DNA of 40,788 bases from the NCBI GenBank assembly GCA_002686445.1, contig NZCO01000017.1, positions 1 to 40,788 on the forward strand, in the 5' to 3' direction. Below the pieces are notes generated by a model. That model was given only the letters and a program-made list of their open reading frames with translations, was not told the origin of the DNA and searched no databases. Made by a program: the position numbers and the translations under genes. The stretch's first letter is position 1. Every line of letters starts with the position of its first letter. This DNA comes from a bacterium (GTDB lineage: Bacteria; Patescibacteriota; Andersenbacteria; UBA10190). Below are positions 14,971 to 23,638 of the stretch, piece after piece.

Positions 14971-17900
14971 TCAAGTGCCGCCACAATACTCACAATTATC
15001 ACACCGGGGGGCGTCCAAAAACGCCATTTTTTTGATATCTGCCCACACTTCCTTGATCTGCTCTGAGAGCTCATCGACTTGCGCGCTATCGATCTCAATT
15101 TTGAGCTTCACAAATTTGCCGGTGCGCTTACTAGCCTGCACGAAATCGATCTCGCCACTGACCATCGTGTGGTTAAACCTCTTCGACGTATCCGCTAGCA
15201 ACTGGTAGAACACTAGCTGACGATGATACGCACCTCCGGGCTTGAGCGCCGCTGACTTGCCATCAGGGTTGCCGGTCTTGTAGTCGACCACGTTCACGAG
15301 CTTGGCCTTGGCGTCGACCTCCTCAACTTTGTCGAGCATGCCGGTCAATGGGAGATCAGCCAGTCGCACCCCGTGCGACGCAAAGTTCAGCTCACGTGAT
15401 AGGGCTGGAACAAATGATTTTTGATACCGATCAAAGTAGGCGCCGAGGACATCTTTGCCCAGCACCACACTTGCTTTGCGGTCGGCTGGAATAAGTACCT
15501 CTCGATCCAGATGAGAGTTGAAGCGATCAACCAGATATTTTTTACTGCGCGCGTCCTGCCCCAACAAATCAAACAGCGCGGCATGCACGGCTGTACCAAA
15601 TGACATGTGCTTGGTCTTAGCGGCCGGGGCACGTAAGAGATTCCGGTAATACCACAGACGCGGACACTCTAAGTAGTTGTTGAGATGCGTCACACTCATG
15701 GTGTAGTGCTCCAGGCGTAGCTTGAGATACTCCTTTAGTTCTCGCTCGTGATCGGGCGTAAATACATGTAACTGCGCTAAGGTCTCGCGCTGCTGCGTAT
15801 CAATAGAGGTCGCGATAGTTTCCACCGGCACAGCGTCGGGCAGTTCAGCCACGAACCGTGAGGCAACAAAAGGACGACCCGAAGCCGAGGTAGTGCTGTG
15901 CGTAATACGCACCCGCTCTTTAGCGCGGGTCAGCGCCACATAAAAGAGTCGACGCTCATCCTCATCGGGGTCATAATCACTGGCTTGGTGTTGGATCAAA
16001 CCGTGGGGCAGACGGACCAGCGATCGTTCCCGCATGTTCCCCCAGCGCCCGTGCATGGCGTGCAGTACAAAGACATGCTGCCACTCCAGGCCCTTCGCCT
16101 TGTGCGCAGTCATCACCTGCACCGCATCGCGCTGCCGCGGGTGATCACCGTGCAACTCGATACCGTGCTGCGCCAGTAAATCTAAGTGCGCCAAAAAGTC
16201 TGTCAGTGTCGCTGGTGCACCGCCGTGTTTGAGGGTCCGCGCCTCGTTCGTCAGTAGCCTGGCGTAACCGACAACCTCAGCTTGCTTAAGCTCATCACTG
16301 AAATAGGTAATGTATCCAGAGTTATTAACGATTTCCGGCAACAGACGTTCAACCGGTTCGTTGGCCGCAAAGCGTTGCCAGACAAGCAGCTGCTGCACCA
16401 CTTGCGCTGCTCGATCTTCTTTGGTTAAGTCGGCTGCGCGAAGCAAGCTGTAGTTGGTAAGCACCGCCAGTAATGACACACCGCGTTCGCGCGCCACCTG
16501 CTGTGCGCGAGCTAATTGCACCGGTGGCACCGCAAACCACGACCCCTGTAATACCTCCCACAGACGATGGTCATCAACTTGCCCGGCAATGAAGGCTAAG
16601 AGCGTGAGTAGCTGCCGAACCGGTACCGAGGTTAATACATCCGCTGTGGCCAGTAGCTGGGCGGGGATATCGAGACCAGTCAGAGCGGGTAGTATAGCGC
16701 GCGCCTCGTTATTACGGCGTGCCAACACCGCTATCTCACGAGGCGCCACTCCCTTGGCAATGAGCGCCTCAATTTGCTGCGCTACGCCAAAGCGTTCGTC
16801 TTCTTCGGTCGCGTACGACTGCACCGCTATGACGCCTGACGTAGAGCTGCTAGCCTGCGCCTTTAGCTCGCGCGTCACGCCGGCGATATATTCCTCAACG
16901 TTAGAGCTGTTGTGATCAATCACCGCGCTGGCCGCATCCAAAATAGTCTGCGGACTCCGATAGTTCTCCGTCAGACTCACCACGGTCACCTGATCTTGAT
17001 ACCGCTCGTGCAAGGTAAGCAGGTTGGCCAGACTGGCTCCCTGAAATCGATAAATCGACTGGTGGTCGTCGCCCACCACAAACACGTTGGGTTCGTCCAT
17101 AAATTCAGCCAAGCGAAACAACAGATCATTCTGCGCGCCGTTCGTATCCTGGTACTCGTCGACGAGAAAATATTGAAACTGTTCCTGATAGTGCGCTAAG
17201 AGATCATCGTCCGTAGCCAAGCGATCCAGCACCATCAGGATCATGTCCTCGTAATCGTAGCGACCACTTTTGGCTAACGCTTGTTGATACCGCTCAAAGA
17301 CCGTGATTAACTCCTGCTGCTTGGGCAACTGCGATTGCATCTGCGTTAGCCACCGCTTCACCTCGTTCTTATACTGCGTGCACAGTTTCTGCTGCTCTCG
17401 CTTGCCTGTTACTAACTGTAATCCGTCGGTGAGTCGCTGGTAGTGCGCCGCTAGGGTATCGAAGTAGAAATGGAGCCCCGAGTAGCCCGGCTGCAGTGCC
17501 ACAAGCGCCGTATGAAGCTGGGCACACACACCCGGCGTGCGATCCGCGGGCTTGTGTGCCGCAAACGCCGTGATCAGTGGCTCGACATCTTTAACCAGTG
17601 CTTTCGTCTGCCGGATAACATCCTTATATAGTTTCGGCGAAATGTGTTCCTTCTTCAGTTGCTGCACCGCGGAAGAAACATCCCGTAAAAAAAGGTAGGG
17701 GTTGGCAAATGATTTCAGCTTGCTGCCTGCCGGTAGTGCATCGATAAGCTCTTGCCACAACTCGGCTCGCTCGACGTCCGAGAGTACGGTCAGTTCACGC
17801 GCGAAGGAAAACTTATCCGGCCATTCTTGAATTACTTCATTGGCAAATGAATGGAACGTATGCACGCGTACTTGATACGCAGCCTCGCCAATGATGGCCA

Positions 17901-18153
17901 GCAGACGTTGGCGCAGCGCAACAACTCCACTTTCGGTGAACGTTAAACACAGAATATTGTAAGGATCCAGTTGGGTTTGTCGCAAAATGTTAGCCACACG
18001 CATAGCTAACAGCTCCGTCTTGCCTGTCCCCGGTCCCGCCAGCACCATAACCACTCCATCAATAGCATCTACGGCTTCCTTTTGTTTGGCATTGAGCTGC
18101 TTGTATCGACGATCAAAATCAATCGTAACGTCGGTCGAGGCTTGTTTGGTCAT
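14971..18153 (-). CDS. UvrD/PcrA-type SF1 helicase fused to a C-terminal PD-(D/E)XK (Cas4/AddB-like, Cys-cluster) nuclease
   Basis: AGPGTGKT Walker A, VDEYQDTN motif II, and a C-terminal domain with CPRLWYY ... CDNCEYC cysteines. Start moved to ATG 18153 (MTKQASTD...). Confidence 0.85.
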   Translation of the reverse strand: MTKQASTDVTIDFDRRYKQLNAKQKEAVDAIDGVVMVLAGPGTGKTELLAMRVANILRQTQLDPYNILCLTFTESGVVALRQRLLAIIGEAAYQVRVHTFHSFANEVIQEWPDKFSFARELTVLSDVERAELWQELIDALPAGSKLKSFANPYLFLRDVSSAVQQLKKEHISPKLYKDVIRQTKALVKDVEPLITAFAAHKPADRTPGVCAQLHTALVALQPGYSGLHFYFDTLAAHYQRLTDGLQLVTGKREQQKLCTQYKNEVKRWLTQMQSQLPKQQELITVFERYQQALAKSGRYDYEDMILMVLDRLATDDDLLAHYQEQFQYFLVDEYQDTNGAQNDLLFRLAEFMDEPNVFVVGDDHQSIYRFQGASLANLLTLHERYQDQVTVVSLTENYRSPQTILDAASAVIDHNSSNVEEYIAGVTRELKAQASSSTSGVIAVQSYATEEDERFGVAQQIEALIAKGVAPREIAVLARRNNEARAILPALTGLDIPAQLLATADVLTSVPVRQLLTLLAFIAGQVDDHRLWEVLQGSWFAVPPVQLARAQQVARERGVSLLAVLTNYSLLRAADLTKEDRAAQVVQQLLVWQRFAANEPVERLLPEIVNNSGYITYFSDELKQAEVVGYARLLTNEARTLKHGGAPATLTDFLAHLDLLAQHGIELHGDHPRQRDAVQVMTAHKAKGLEWQHVFVLHAMHGRWGNMRERSLVRLPHGLIQHQASDYDPDEDERRLFYVALTRAKERVRITHSTTSASGRPFVASRFVAELPDAVPVETIATSIDTQQRETLAQLHVFTPDHERELKEYLKLRLEHYTMSVTHLNNYLECPRLWYYRNLLRAPAAKTKHMSFGTAVHAALFDLLGQDARSKKYLVDRFNSHLDREVLIPADRKASVVLGKDVLGAYFDRYQKSFVPALSRELNFASHGVRLADLPLTGMLDKVEEVDAKAKLVNVVDYKTGNPDGKSAALKPGGAYHRQLVFYQLLADTSKRFNHTMVSGEIDFVQASKRTGKFVKLKIEIDSAQVDELSEQIKEVWADIKKMAFLDAPRCDNCEYCGGT

Positions 18154-18196
18154 CGTCTCTAGTATCTGGCAGATGACCGGTCCTGGGCAAGGAGCA

Positions 18197-18910
18197 TCAC
18201 GTCGCTGCTTTTTTGCGTACCTGCCACAACCACAACCCAACTAACAATACGGGAATAGTTAATAGCTGCCCGCGCGTGAGGCCTAAAGCACCCGGAAATT
18301 CTTGATACCGCAGATATTCGCTTACCAAACGAAGTATTGCATAGGCAATTAAAAAGACAGCGAGCGCAGTACCTGATCGCCGCCAACGAAGTAGGGCGAT
18401 GTAGGCCACGCCAGCGATCACCAGGTTTTTAGCGATGACAAGCACATGGGCCGTAGTCGACACATATATCTCCTGGTTAATCCAGTTTCCTAACCGACCC
18501 AAGGCCAAACCGAGTGCGACCGGAACCACTATGACGTCGAGCAATTTCCAAAAATCTATTTTGAGTGATCGACAGGCCAACCACAGCGCCATGCCCACGC
18601 CGATAAATCCTCCGTGGGAAGACATGCCGCCGTCGCCTAAGATGAATATTTGAGCCGGATTGCCCCAAAAATATGCTGGCTCATAGAACAGCACATAACC
18701 CAACCGGCCGCCGACAATTACGCCGCCTAGCGCCCAGGTAAATAGTTCTAACCATTGTTCCCGAGTAAGTGTGAGGTCCCGGTAGCGCTGGAGCTTGGGC
18801 AGCACATACCAAGCCAACACGAACGCGGCGATATACAGCAGGGCATACCAGTGCACCGTTAGACTTCCTAATTCAAGCGCCACGGCGCGACTGGGAAAAA
18901 GATTAAGCAT
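18197..18910 (-). CDS. lgt: prolipoprotein diacylglyceryl transferase
   Basis: Motifs GGRLGYVLFYEP, HGGFIG and LGRLGNWINQE. Start moved to ATG 18910 (MLNLFPS...). Confidence 0.9.
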   Translation of the reverse strand: MLNLFPSRAVALELGSLTVHWYALLYIAAFVLAWYVLPKLQRYRDLTLTREQWLELFTWALGGVIVGGRLGYVLFYEPAYFWGNPAQIFILGDGGMSSHGGFIGVGMALWLACRSLKIDFWKLLDVIVVPVALGLALGRLGNWINQEIYVSTTAHVLVIAKNLVIAGVAYIALLRWRRSGTALAVFLIAYAILRLVSEYLRYQEFPGALGLTRGQLLTIPVLLVGLWLWQVRKKAAT

Positions 18911-18952
18911 CTTACTAACAGTATGTCGACTTCCCACATAATCGCGAGTAAA

Positions 18953-18984
18953 GAAAAAACGGCGACCTGTTAAACAGATCGCCG
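18953..18984 (-). terminator. rho-independent terminator
   Basis: On the minus strand, CGGCGATCTG-TTTAA-CAGGTCGCCG is followed by T6. Confidence 0.75.
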
Positions 18985-19004
18985 CATCAAGTGAATATTG
19001 AGTC

Positions 19005-19367
19005 TTAGGCTACTCGCGCGGGTTCATCAGCAGCCACCGCTGCGGGGTTAGAACCGACTAGTTCCAACGCATTGCCAAAGAAACGCGCCGCCTCACGAAG
19101 AGAGTCCTCGTCGCCATGATCAATCGCTGTAGCTCCTTCGTCCTCGGCTCCTTCCGCATCACACTCGCGAACAATGAAGAACTCGCCGCGCCGCTGGAAA
19201 ACAAAGATGAGCGTTCCTATCTTTAAAATCTCTCTGCCGGGCCACGACCTACGGTCCCGCAGGGCGTTAAACAGACGCAGAGGTGGGTGCACGTCCAACA
19301 ACGCGGCCATCTTTAGTGACACAACACCCAGCTTAATAGCGGACAACGATGAAGCAGAATCTTTCAT
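19005..19367 (-). CDS. hypothetical protein with acidic C-terminus
   Basis: GGAG lies 9 nt upstream of ATG 19367. Followed by a terminator. No family motif recognised. Confidence 0.55.
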   Translation of the reverse strand: MKDSASSLSAIKLGVVSLKMAALLDVHPPLRLFNALRDRRSWPGREILKIGTLIFVFQRRGEFFIVRECDAEGAEDEGATAIDHGDEDSLREAARFFGNALELVGSNPAAVAADEPARVA

Positions 19368-19419
19368 CCAATAAATCTCCAACAAGAAACAATGAACTGA
19401 AGTTTGAACGACCGTCGAC

Positions 19420-19785
19420 TTACCAATTCAAGGAATAGGAACGCTTCTTGGCGCCTCTTTCTGGAACACGAGCGACGTTGCCAGTCGTACCAGCACGCGT
19501 CCTCTTGTCCCCACAAAGCTGAAAATATCTGGGGCGTTCTTCCTCCAGCAGCATATCAACAATGTCTGCTGTCGGCCGAACACACGCATCACCGTTAACC
19601 TCGTCTGCTGGCACTATCTTGAGGCTGGTCGTAGATCGCTCCCAAACCACGGAATACCAGCCGGACGCTGATAAGCCCGTACCTTTAAGACGTGCCGTCA
19701 ACGCACGCATGCCAGCTTCTCGTTGCCGAGGGTGGCCCAGAAACATGCTTGCGAAATTGAACGATTCCATCGGGGTAGTAACCAT
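19420..19785 (-). CDS. hypothetical protein with basic C-terminus
   Basis: AGGAG lies 7 nt upstream of ATG 19785. No family motif recognised. Confidence 0.55.
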   Translation of the reverse strand: MVTTPMESFNFASMFLGHPRQREAGMRALTARLKGTGLSASGWYSVVWERSTTSLKIVPADEVNGDACVRPTADIVDMLLEEERPRYFQLCGDKRTRAGTTGNVARVPERGAKKRSYSLNW

Positions 19786-19911
19786 CCGCTGACTCCTAGC
19801 AAAGAATCAAAGCGACACGATTATCCTTATCGCGCGCGAATCATATGGATAATGAGCTTCATGCCCATTTAAGTGGTAAAACGTGCAGTCGCCAACTTAT
19901 TGACTATGCGG

Positions 19912-19941
19912 ATAATACCGTTCACTTGTGCACTTTGTCAA
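19912..19941 (-). promoter_or_regulatory. sigma-70-type promoter (TTGACA, 18 nt spacer, TATTAT)
   Basis: -35 at 19936..19941 and -10 at 19912..19917 on the minus strand. Implies a ~120-nt 5' UTR before ATG 19785. Confidence 0.5.
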
Positions 19942-19959
19942 TATCTTCTGACAAAAAAG

Positions 19960-21027
19960 CTACTTCTGTACGTAGAGCATCTGCGTGGGATACGCGAATG
20001 CAATGCCGGCCTCATCGAACGCTGCTTTGAGATTCAGGTTCGTCTGCTGCTGAGCGGTAATAAAGTCATCATATTCCTTGCTGGTTACATAGAAGACAAC
20101 CTCAAAAACGAGTGCCGAGTCGCCAAAAGACTTGAAAAAGGCGCGCTTAAACCGCGTGTTCTCGACTGCTTCAATAGCACCTTTAATTAAATCCGGCACG
20201 CTATTTAGTTTGTCATGCGGTGTCTCATAGGTGACCCCTAGCTCAAACAGACTGCGGCGTTCCTGCAGTCGTCCAAAGTTCTGCACCTCGGCATTGGTTA
20301 GCGCCTGATTGGGCATAACGATTTCTTCACCAGAGACTGACTTAAGTCGCGTAGTCTTAATGCCTATCTTTTGCACCTTGCCCGTCGTAGTGCCTACGCT
20401 AATTAAGTCACCAACTGTAAATGGTTTATCAAAGTAGATCGCTAGTGAGCTGAACAAATCAGCCAGCACATTCTGCAGCGCCAGGGCAATAGCAATACCA
20501 CCAATGCCTAAGCTAGCGATGAGCGAGGTAACATCGACACCGAAGTTAGAGAGTACAAAGAGAAAGCCGACAGACCACAATATCAGACGAGCTACCTGGT
20601 TTACTATCCCCACCGCCGCGTCCGCGTGCCGATCGTTCTGACCAGCCAGGCGTTTACGAACAACGAAGTCGATTAAGATTTGTAACGAGCTAACGAACTG
20701 ATAAGTCAGCACGACCACTAAGATGCCAGTGACTACCGCCGTCCATAAATCATTCAAGGTCAACGTGCGTATCGCCAAATAAAGTGCCAACGCCAAGTAA
20801 AACGAAGGACGTACTTCCGCTACTATACGAATTGCCGTGTCATCAACATCAGTTGCAGTTTTTTTCGCCAGCGCCTCTAATCGTCGCAAAATAATTTTTT
20901 GCACCACTCTAAACAACAGCCAAAGCAGCACAAAATAAATCGCAGCATCAACATACGTCTCTACTGTGTTACCCACTACTACTTGATCCCAAATAGGATT
21001 GCTATTGTTAAGCAATTGCTTAAGCAT
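19960..21027 (-). CDS. mscS: mechanosensitive ion channel (MscS) family protein
   Basis: Multiple N-terminal TM segments. Pore helix and beta-domain pattern ...LALQNVLADLFSSL...FTVGDLISVGTTTGKVQKIGIKTTRL. Confidence 0.85.
   Translation of the reverse strand: MLKQLLNNSNPIWDQVVVGNTVETYVDAAIYFVLLWLLFRVVQKIILRRLEALAKKTATDVDDTAIRIVAEVRPSFYLALALYLAIRTLTLNDLWTAVVTGILVVVLTYQFVSSLQILIDFVVRKRLAGQNDRHADAAVGIVNQVARLILWSVGFLFVLSNFGVDVTSLIASLGIGGIAIALALQNVLADLFSSLAIYFDKPFTVGDLISVGTTTGKVQKIGIKTTRLKSVSGEEIVMPNQALTNAEVQNFGRLQERRSLFELGVTYETPHDKLNSVPDLIKGAIEAVENTRFKRAFFKSFGDSALVFEVVFYVTSKEYDDFITAQQQTNLNLKAAFDEAGIAFAYPTQMLYVQK
21008..21023. promoter_or_regulatory. perfect 16-bp palindrome TTAAGCAATTGCTTAA (TTAAG-N6-CTTAA) in codons 2-7 of mscS
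   Basis: Same half-sites and spacing as the arsR and dsbA sites. Confidence 0.4.
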
Positions 21028-21044
21028 GTATACGTAAGTCCTCC

Positions 21045-21069
21045 TTAAGATTCTCTAGTCTTAATCATA
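21045..21069 (-). promoter_or_regulatory. mscS promoter/operator candidate sharing TATGATTAAG with the arsR promoter
   Basis: Minus strand reads TATGATTAAG-actagagaat-CTTAAGGA. The -10 TATGAT lies about 35 nt upstream of ATG 21027, with AAGGAGG SD in between. Confidence 0.4.
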
Positions 21070-21082
21070 CGTAATAACTCCC

Positions 21083-22432
21083 ATGGCGACCACTACCGAA
21101 TCACCACTTGATAGTTTTTTAACCACACTTGATCGTGTTGGCGCATCTTCCGGCACCCACCCGGATGTCCTCAAATTAATGCGCAAACCCCAGCGTATCC
21201 TTCAAGTTGAATTGCCACTGGAGCGAGACGACGGTAGTCTAGAAATTTTTCATGGCTACCGAGTCCAACACAATGATGTACGTGGTCCATATAAAGGCGG
21301 TGTGCGTTTTCATCCGCACGTGGCCCTCGACGAAGTCACCGCTCTGGCCGCCTGGATGACTCTCAAAACTGCAGTCGTCGACATCCCCTACGGCGGGGCT
21401 AAGGGAGGCATTACTGTTGATCCAACTGATTTAAGCGACCGCGAACTACAGCGCTTGTCGCGCATGTTCGTCGAACGACTCGGCACAGCCATCGGTCCCA
21501 ATCGTGATATCCCTGCTCCCGACGTGAACACCAACGCCCAGATCATGGCCTGGTTCACCGACGAATACAGTCGGCTCCATGGCGAATCCGGCCATGCCGA
21601 GGCCGCCTTTACGGGCAAGCCCGTTGTTTTAGGTGGCAGTCAAGGTCGCGAGTCAGCCACGGGCCGCGGTGGTCTATTCGTGCTGCTGGAATATCTACGC
21701 TCACAAGACATCACCGACCTCACCGGCATGACGATCGCCGTGCAGGGTTTTGGTAATGTAGGCTCGTACTTTGCGTCACTTGCCGACCAGGCTGGCTTTA
21801 CCATCGTGGCTATTTCCGACGCCGAAGGAGGCACCTACCATCCCCAGGGCGCCGACATTTCCCAGATGGTTACGGCGCGGAATCAAGCCGGTAAACTCGA
21901 TACAAACGTGTGCTATCCCAAGCTAGGCGTGGAAGCAGTCGGCGCAACGCAAGATGATTGTGAACCTATCTCCAATGAGGATCTACTCAAGCTTGAGGTT
22001 GATATTCTCGTACCAGCCGCCATCGAAAATCAGATCACGGCCACTAACGTCGCTGACATTAAAGCCAAGTATGTGTTGGAACTGGCTAACGGTCCTACTA
22101 CTCCTGCAGCAGATGAATCCCTGGCGAAACGAAATGTCTCCGTTATTCCAGACATTCTTGCGAATGCCGGTGGCGTTACAGTCAGCTATTTCGAGTGGAC
22201 GCAAAACCTACAGAACTTGTACTGGAGTCAGGACGAAGTGAACACCAAGTTGGAGGCAAAAATGAAGCAGGCAACTAATGAAATCATCGCCATGCAAAAA
22301 GAGGGTGGCGGTACCTTGCGTGAAGCCGCCTACCGCCTCGCCATTAAGCGTATTGAGGCTGCGATGTTATTGCGCGGTTGGGCGCACCCTCGCGGGGAGG
22401 ACAGCGTCGGCCACGTTAACGGAAACACCTAG
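21083..22432 (+). CDS. gdhA: Glu/Leu/Phe/Val dehydrogenase family, probable glutamate dehydrogenase
   Basis: Motifs KGGVRFHP, PYGGAKGG and GFGNVG. 449 aa. Confidence 0.9.
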   Translation: MATTTESPLDSFLTTLDRVGASSGTHPDVLKLMRKPQRILQVELPLERDDGSLEIFHGYRVQHNDVRGPYKGGVRFHPHVALDEVTALAAWMTLKTAVVDIPYGGAKGGITVDPTDLSDRELQRLSRMFVERLGTAIGPNRDIPAPDVNTNAQIMAWFTDEYSRLHGESGHAEAAFTGKPVVLGGSQGRESATGRGGLFVLLEYLRSQDITDLTGMTIAVQGFGNVGSYFASLADQAGFTIVAISDAEGGTYHPQGADISQMVTARNQAGKLDTNVCYPKLGVEAVGATQDDCEPISNEDLLKLEVDILVPAAIENQITATNVADIKAKYVLELANGPTTPAADESLAKRNVSVIPDILANAGGVTVSYFEWTQNLQNLYWSQDEVNTKLEAKMKQATNEIIAMQKEGGGTLREAAYRLAIKRIEAAMLLRGWAHPRGEDSVGHVNGNT

Positions 22433-22613
22433 GACTCCCGCACTCATCCCACTAGAATTCCGGCAAAGCCGAAAATTCGTGGGGCTTCGCCTACCGGTTT
22501 GTACAATTTCTTCGTTGTCGGTTCCGTTGACTTTCTCACCGTATTATTCATACGGCTCGGTCGTCTACTCACCGCCGCCTCGAACTTGGACAAATGCGAG
22601 TGTCCTAGAAGTT

Positions 22614-23459
22614 CTATAGATAATTAAGTAAGGCATCGTAATTGAGGAAGCCAAAGAACTGGAAAAACCAGCTAACCCAGATCCCCAGACTATTGGAGAG
22701 AACCAGGATGCCGAGAAAGATGATAAATACGCCGCCAATGGCCGAGATTATTGGCAATATTTGATTTATCTTTTGCATACGCTGGGAGAAGTAACCGATG
22801 CCACCTGCCAACACTAAGAATGGAACAGCCAGGCCAGCGGAAAATACTGCCAGCAGCAGCGACCCCTGCGCTACGCTGGCGCCGGTTGCCGCCAGCGTTA
22901 AGATCGCACCCAGTACGGGCCCCACACACGGAGTCCAGCCGACCGCGAAGGCTGCCCCGAAAATAGTCGAACTAACTGGATTACCCGGCTTTATCCATTT
23001 GGTAGCTGGCAGACGATGTTCTCGATTCATCCAGTTGGTGGCGCCATACCATTGCGCAAACACTGGCCATGAACCCGATCGCTGGCGAAAACTCGCGTAG
23101 GCTGGCCATCGTGATTCGTAGAAGACCAGCGCCGACTGCAACATGAACAAGCCAAAAAGAATCACAAATCCTCCGCCGATCCTTGATAAGAGCAATCGTG
23201 ACTCAGCGAACAAAGCGCCACCCACCAGGCCAATCAAACTGCCGAGGATAATAAAGACAATACTAAAACCGAGTACATAGAAAACGCCATTCAAGAATAT
23301 TTTGCGGCGAATATTGGCCGCGTCCGCGGAGGTATTAATATCATCAAGCGATACGCCACTGATAAACCCGAGATACCCAGGGACTAGCGGCAAAGTACAA
23401 GGGGCTAAGAACGTGAGCACCCCAGCAATAAAAGAAGGAATAATTAGTGAACCAATCAT
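22614..23459 (-). CDS. ccdA: CcdA/DsbD-family transmembrane thiol-disulfide electron transporter
   Basis: The two membrane-embedded Cys motifs LAPCTLPLVPGY and WTPCVGPVLG, with 6 or more TM segments. Confidence 0.85.
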   Translation of the reverse strand: MIGSLIIPSFIAGVLTFLAPCTLPLVPGYLGFISGVSLDDINTSADAANIRRKIFLNGVFYVLGFSIVFIILGSLIGLVGGALFAESRLLLSRIGGGFVILFGLFMLQSALVFYESRWPAYASFRQRSGSWPVFAQWYGATNWMNREHRLPATKWIKPGNPVSSTIFGAAFAVGWTPCVGPVLGAILTLAATGASVAQGSLLLAVFSAGLAVPFLVLAGGIGYFSQRMQKINQILPIISAIGGVFIIFLGILVLSNSLGIWVSWFFQFFGFLNYDALLNYL

Positions 23460-23473
23460 AGTCCTTAGGCGCC

Positions 23474-23638
23474 ACCCGAAAATAATTTGGCCAGATCTCG
23501 TTCAATATGGGCCGAGATAGGACTTCTACGACCGAGCGAAACAGGAGGCGTAACTTTGTTACGTTGAGTGTTTCGTGACGAAGTAAAAGTCGTAGATTGG
23601 TGCATAGGGGGCGAGAGATGGGTAAGTTATTTTCGGGT
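23474..23638. repeat. nested inverted repeats spanning the tlpA-ccdA spacer
   Basis: Outer 12-bp perfect IR ACCCGAAAATAA (23474..23485) / TTATTTTCGGGT (23627..23638). Middle pair TCTACGAC (23525..23532) / GTCGTAGA (23589..23596). Inner pair CGTAAC (23549..23554) / GTTACG (23558..23563). Confidence 0.6.

Noticed and set aside
18154-18240. N-terminal extensions given by longest-ORF calls for the helicase (18240), lgt (18937), DUF3179 (25905), zwf (7997), malic enzyme (1916), cupredoxin (14199) and the 29195 gene (29869).
   Set aside because: The extensions are Cys/Arg-rich or overlap the upstream gene or promoter element. Internal ATGs give canonical family N-termini and sit 6-7 nt downstream of -10 hexamers or form ATGA overlaps.
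20338-20360. GACTTAAGTC palindrome plus a CTTAA 9 nt downstream inside mscS, and the general abundance of CTTAAG hexamers near gene starts (29843, 32981, 34063).
   Set aside because: The spacing differs from the 6-nt architecture. I counted about ten CTTAAG hexamers, which is roughly the ~10 expected by chance in 40.8 kb, so these are not evidence for extra sites.
22433-22613. Searched this and the other intergenic regions longer than 100 bp (10409..10634, 11535..11720, 26212..26400, 32357..32669, 32970..33555, 33850..34155) for tRNA, tmRNA, SRP RNA and RNase P hallmarks.
   Set aside because: I found no GGTTCGAATCC-type T-arm with matching acceptor pairing. I also found no SRP domain IV GGAAGCAG-type motif and no RNase P GAGGAAAGTCC motif. 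The search was done by eye, so a covariance-model scan is still needed.
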